NCBI GenBank assembly: GCA_013239625.1
Contig: MU054212.1
Coordinates: 4,560,270-4,624,269, forward strand
Source of the DNA: Lama guanicoe
Taxonomy: Eukaryota
Direction of reading: 5' to 3'
Length of the DNA stretch: 64,000 nt
Shown here: piece by piece, positions 62,270-64,000 of the stretch
Layout: every line of letters begins with the position of its first letter
Position numbering within the stretch: position 1 is the stretch's first letter
Notes under the pieces: generated by a model
Told to the model about the DNA's origin: nothing
Database searches by the model: none
What the model saw: the letters and a program-made list of their open reading frames with translations, nothing else
Translations under genes and position numbers: made by a program

Positions 62270-62745
62270 TTTCATTTATTTGTCAGGTTTTGGAGATAGA
62301 AGGGTGTTTAAGACACAATTTCTGTCTTGAAACGTGATAAAGTCTAGTGGGGAGAAAGGTAAGTAAACAGACAATAATAATGCATTACAGTAGGTTTAAC
62401 AGAGTCATTTTATACTGACGATAGAGAAGCATGTAATGGACAAATAATTCCAATCCAGCCTTGATATTGATAATGAGAGAAATAGTGGATGCATGCGGGT
62501 TTGTGGGAGAACACATGTCTCAAATGGGTTTCATATGACAGCAGCATTAACAGTGAGGATGTTGGCAGAAGGTATCAGAGAGACAGCTGGAGACATAAGC
62601 AAGAAATACCATGCTAGAGAGTTTGAATTTTATTTTGGACATGAAAGAGCTATTGAGGGATCTTGTAGTTGGAAACCACTAACATGATCCTACTTGAGAT
62701 TTAGAAGAAAAATCTGGTTTTAGTAGGGAGAATGGTTGGGAGGTA
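62270..62745 (-). mobile_element. L2 LINE 3' region
   Basis: 'ttcatttatt...aagtctagtggggagaaaggtaagtaaacagacaat...ccatgctagagagtttgaattttatt...gagctattgaggg'. Confidence 0.75.
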
Positions 62746-62929
62746 TTCTCGGTGTACTTCTTAAACAGTCATAAAATAATTTCATTACTGAGCAAATTTA
62801 TAACTGTGGCTATGTAATACTAACATAACCCCCAGGAAATGAATATGTTTGACCAAACTAATCCTTATATAGTTACCTTGTTATTGCTATTTTTACATTA
62901 TTGTTATTGTTAGGGACTACTTTCAAAAA

Positions 62930-63030
62930 TTATAAGGATCTTTTAGCCAACTCATTTTTATAGATGAAGTCATTACGAGATAAATACGTTAATCACACAC
63001 CCAAAGTTACACTGTATTTTATAACAATGA
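62930..63030 (-). mobile_element. MIR fragment
   Basis: 'ctcattttatagatgaag...gttaatcacacacccaaagttacac'. Confidence 0.55.
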
Positions 63031-63689
63031 ACCATATTTGTGTTGCTAGGGTGACTTTGTCCCTCAGGTTGGAGGTCAAGACTATTCCACTCACAGATCT
63101 CTTTCTAAGTGGGATTTTACTTTATTTTTTAATGAAAATTGAGAAATACATTTTCTTTCACTTTATAACACAGAGAAATGAATGTCGATTAATTAGTTTG
63201 CGCTGGGAAGTGGGGGCGTGGATAGGAGAACATAGCTCCTTGTATATTTTCAGCAACCTGAGGGAAAGCTTTATCATTTTCAGGGTTTAGATCAAGTATT
63301 AGACTATTTCCTTTATAATCTTAAGGGCCGCTATCCAAAACTGATAAATGTCTTAACAGCGTACAGTAGTTACTAGCTTTACACCTTTGAAGTAGTGAAA
63401 TGTTGCCCCTTACAACAATCTTGTTATATGGGGCAATATTTTTGCTGCTTTAGAAAATTAATCTTTAACACGTGCAAAAAAAAAATTTCTTGAACTGTGG
63501 ATCCGAGTCCAAAATTTATATAATATTTTTCAGGCTAGTGCTTTAAACTATTGTCGTATTGTATTTCTTGCCTCCTCCTTAACAAAAAGATACAGTTCCA
63601 TTCGCGTGTGCACAAAATTTAGATGCCATAACATTTCTGATGGTCTTTTATTGCACTGAGAGCTCATCTGCCCAACGTAGGAGCCTATG

Positions 63690-64000
63690 GTTAGAAATCA
63701 GCTCACGATCCACCTGTGGATCCTCTGCTTTCCACTCTTGTCTGTGTCTATGAAGCTGATCCACAGAGCTTGGTTCCTGGTGCCCTCGTCCTCTGGCCTC
63801 CTGTTGGCTCTCATCAATGGGAGAACCAGCAGAAGATCAGAGGACAGAAGGAGAATGAGGTCTGAATATATATTCTCCTGGAACCTCTTTAACTAAGCCA
63901 CCGTGAATTAGCCTCAGCCCTCCGGGCGACGTCTCTAGGTTCTGGGAACGACTCTGCCCTTTCAGCACTAGGGGGAGTTCGGCTCCCTGATGTTGCTAAT
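63690..64000 (+). mobile_element. LTR33-like ERVL LTR, running off the window end
   Basis: 'ctctggcctcctgttggctctcatcaatgggagaaccagcagaagatcagaggacagaaggagaatgaggtc...ttcagcactagggggagttcggctccctgatgttgcta'. Confidence 0.75.

Noticed and set aside
63964..63978. CTCF-like GCACTAGGGGGAG
   Set aside because: Two core mismatches and located inside an LTR33-like repeat; too weak to call without ChIP data.
1..64000. ORFs of 60-128 aa in the supplied track as protein-coding genes
   Set aside because: All are short, many begin at non-ATG codons, and none has recognisable domain content except L1 ORF2 remnants. Many overlap repeats or microsatellites. This is the number expected by chance in mammalian non-coding DNA.
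1..64000. CRISPR arrays, prokaryote-type operons or defence systems, rRNA/snRNA/snoRNA genes, NUMTs
   Set aside because: No repeat-spacer arrays, no dense long ORFs, and no sequence I recognise as rRNA, snRNA, Y RNA, 7SK or mitochondrial DNA. A covariance-model search (Infernal/Rfam) would be needed to exclude diverged small RNAs.

Overview
AT-rich, CpG-depleted mammalian non-coding DNA (gene desert or interior of a very long intron). I see no intact protein-coding gene, functional RNA gene or CpG island. The ORF track is short chance ORFs plus decayed LINE-1 ORF2 pieces (29527-29869) and microsatellite read-throughs. One tRNA-Ala(AGC)-derived SINE (56547-56708) resembles the camelid Vic-1 family, and I saw no Alu, Bov-tA, PRE-1 or SINEC copies, so the host is probably a camel, llama or alpaca. 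A large share of the window is ancient eutherian repeats: L1M, HAL1, L2, MIR, MaLR/MLT1, MLT2, ERVL/ERV1 LTRs and hAT-Charlie MER5. Repeat names are recalled from consensus sequences rather than found by search, so subfamilies and most boundaries are approximate. The best candidates for follow-up are (i) a ~300-bp polyadenylated insert inside an old L1, possibly a 3'-UTR retrocopy; (ii) an RFX X-box abutting a PBX/PREP decamer; (iii) two well-formed orphan exon candidates; (iv) a CpG-rich ERV1 solo LTR; (v) a near full-length HAL1 nested in L2; and (vi) a 208-bp pure-purine tract. The sequence alone does not support a previously undescribed biological system.
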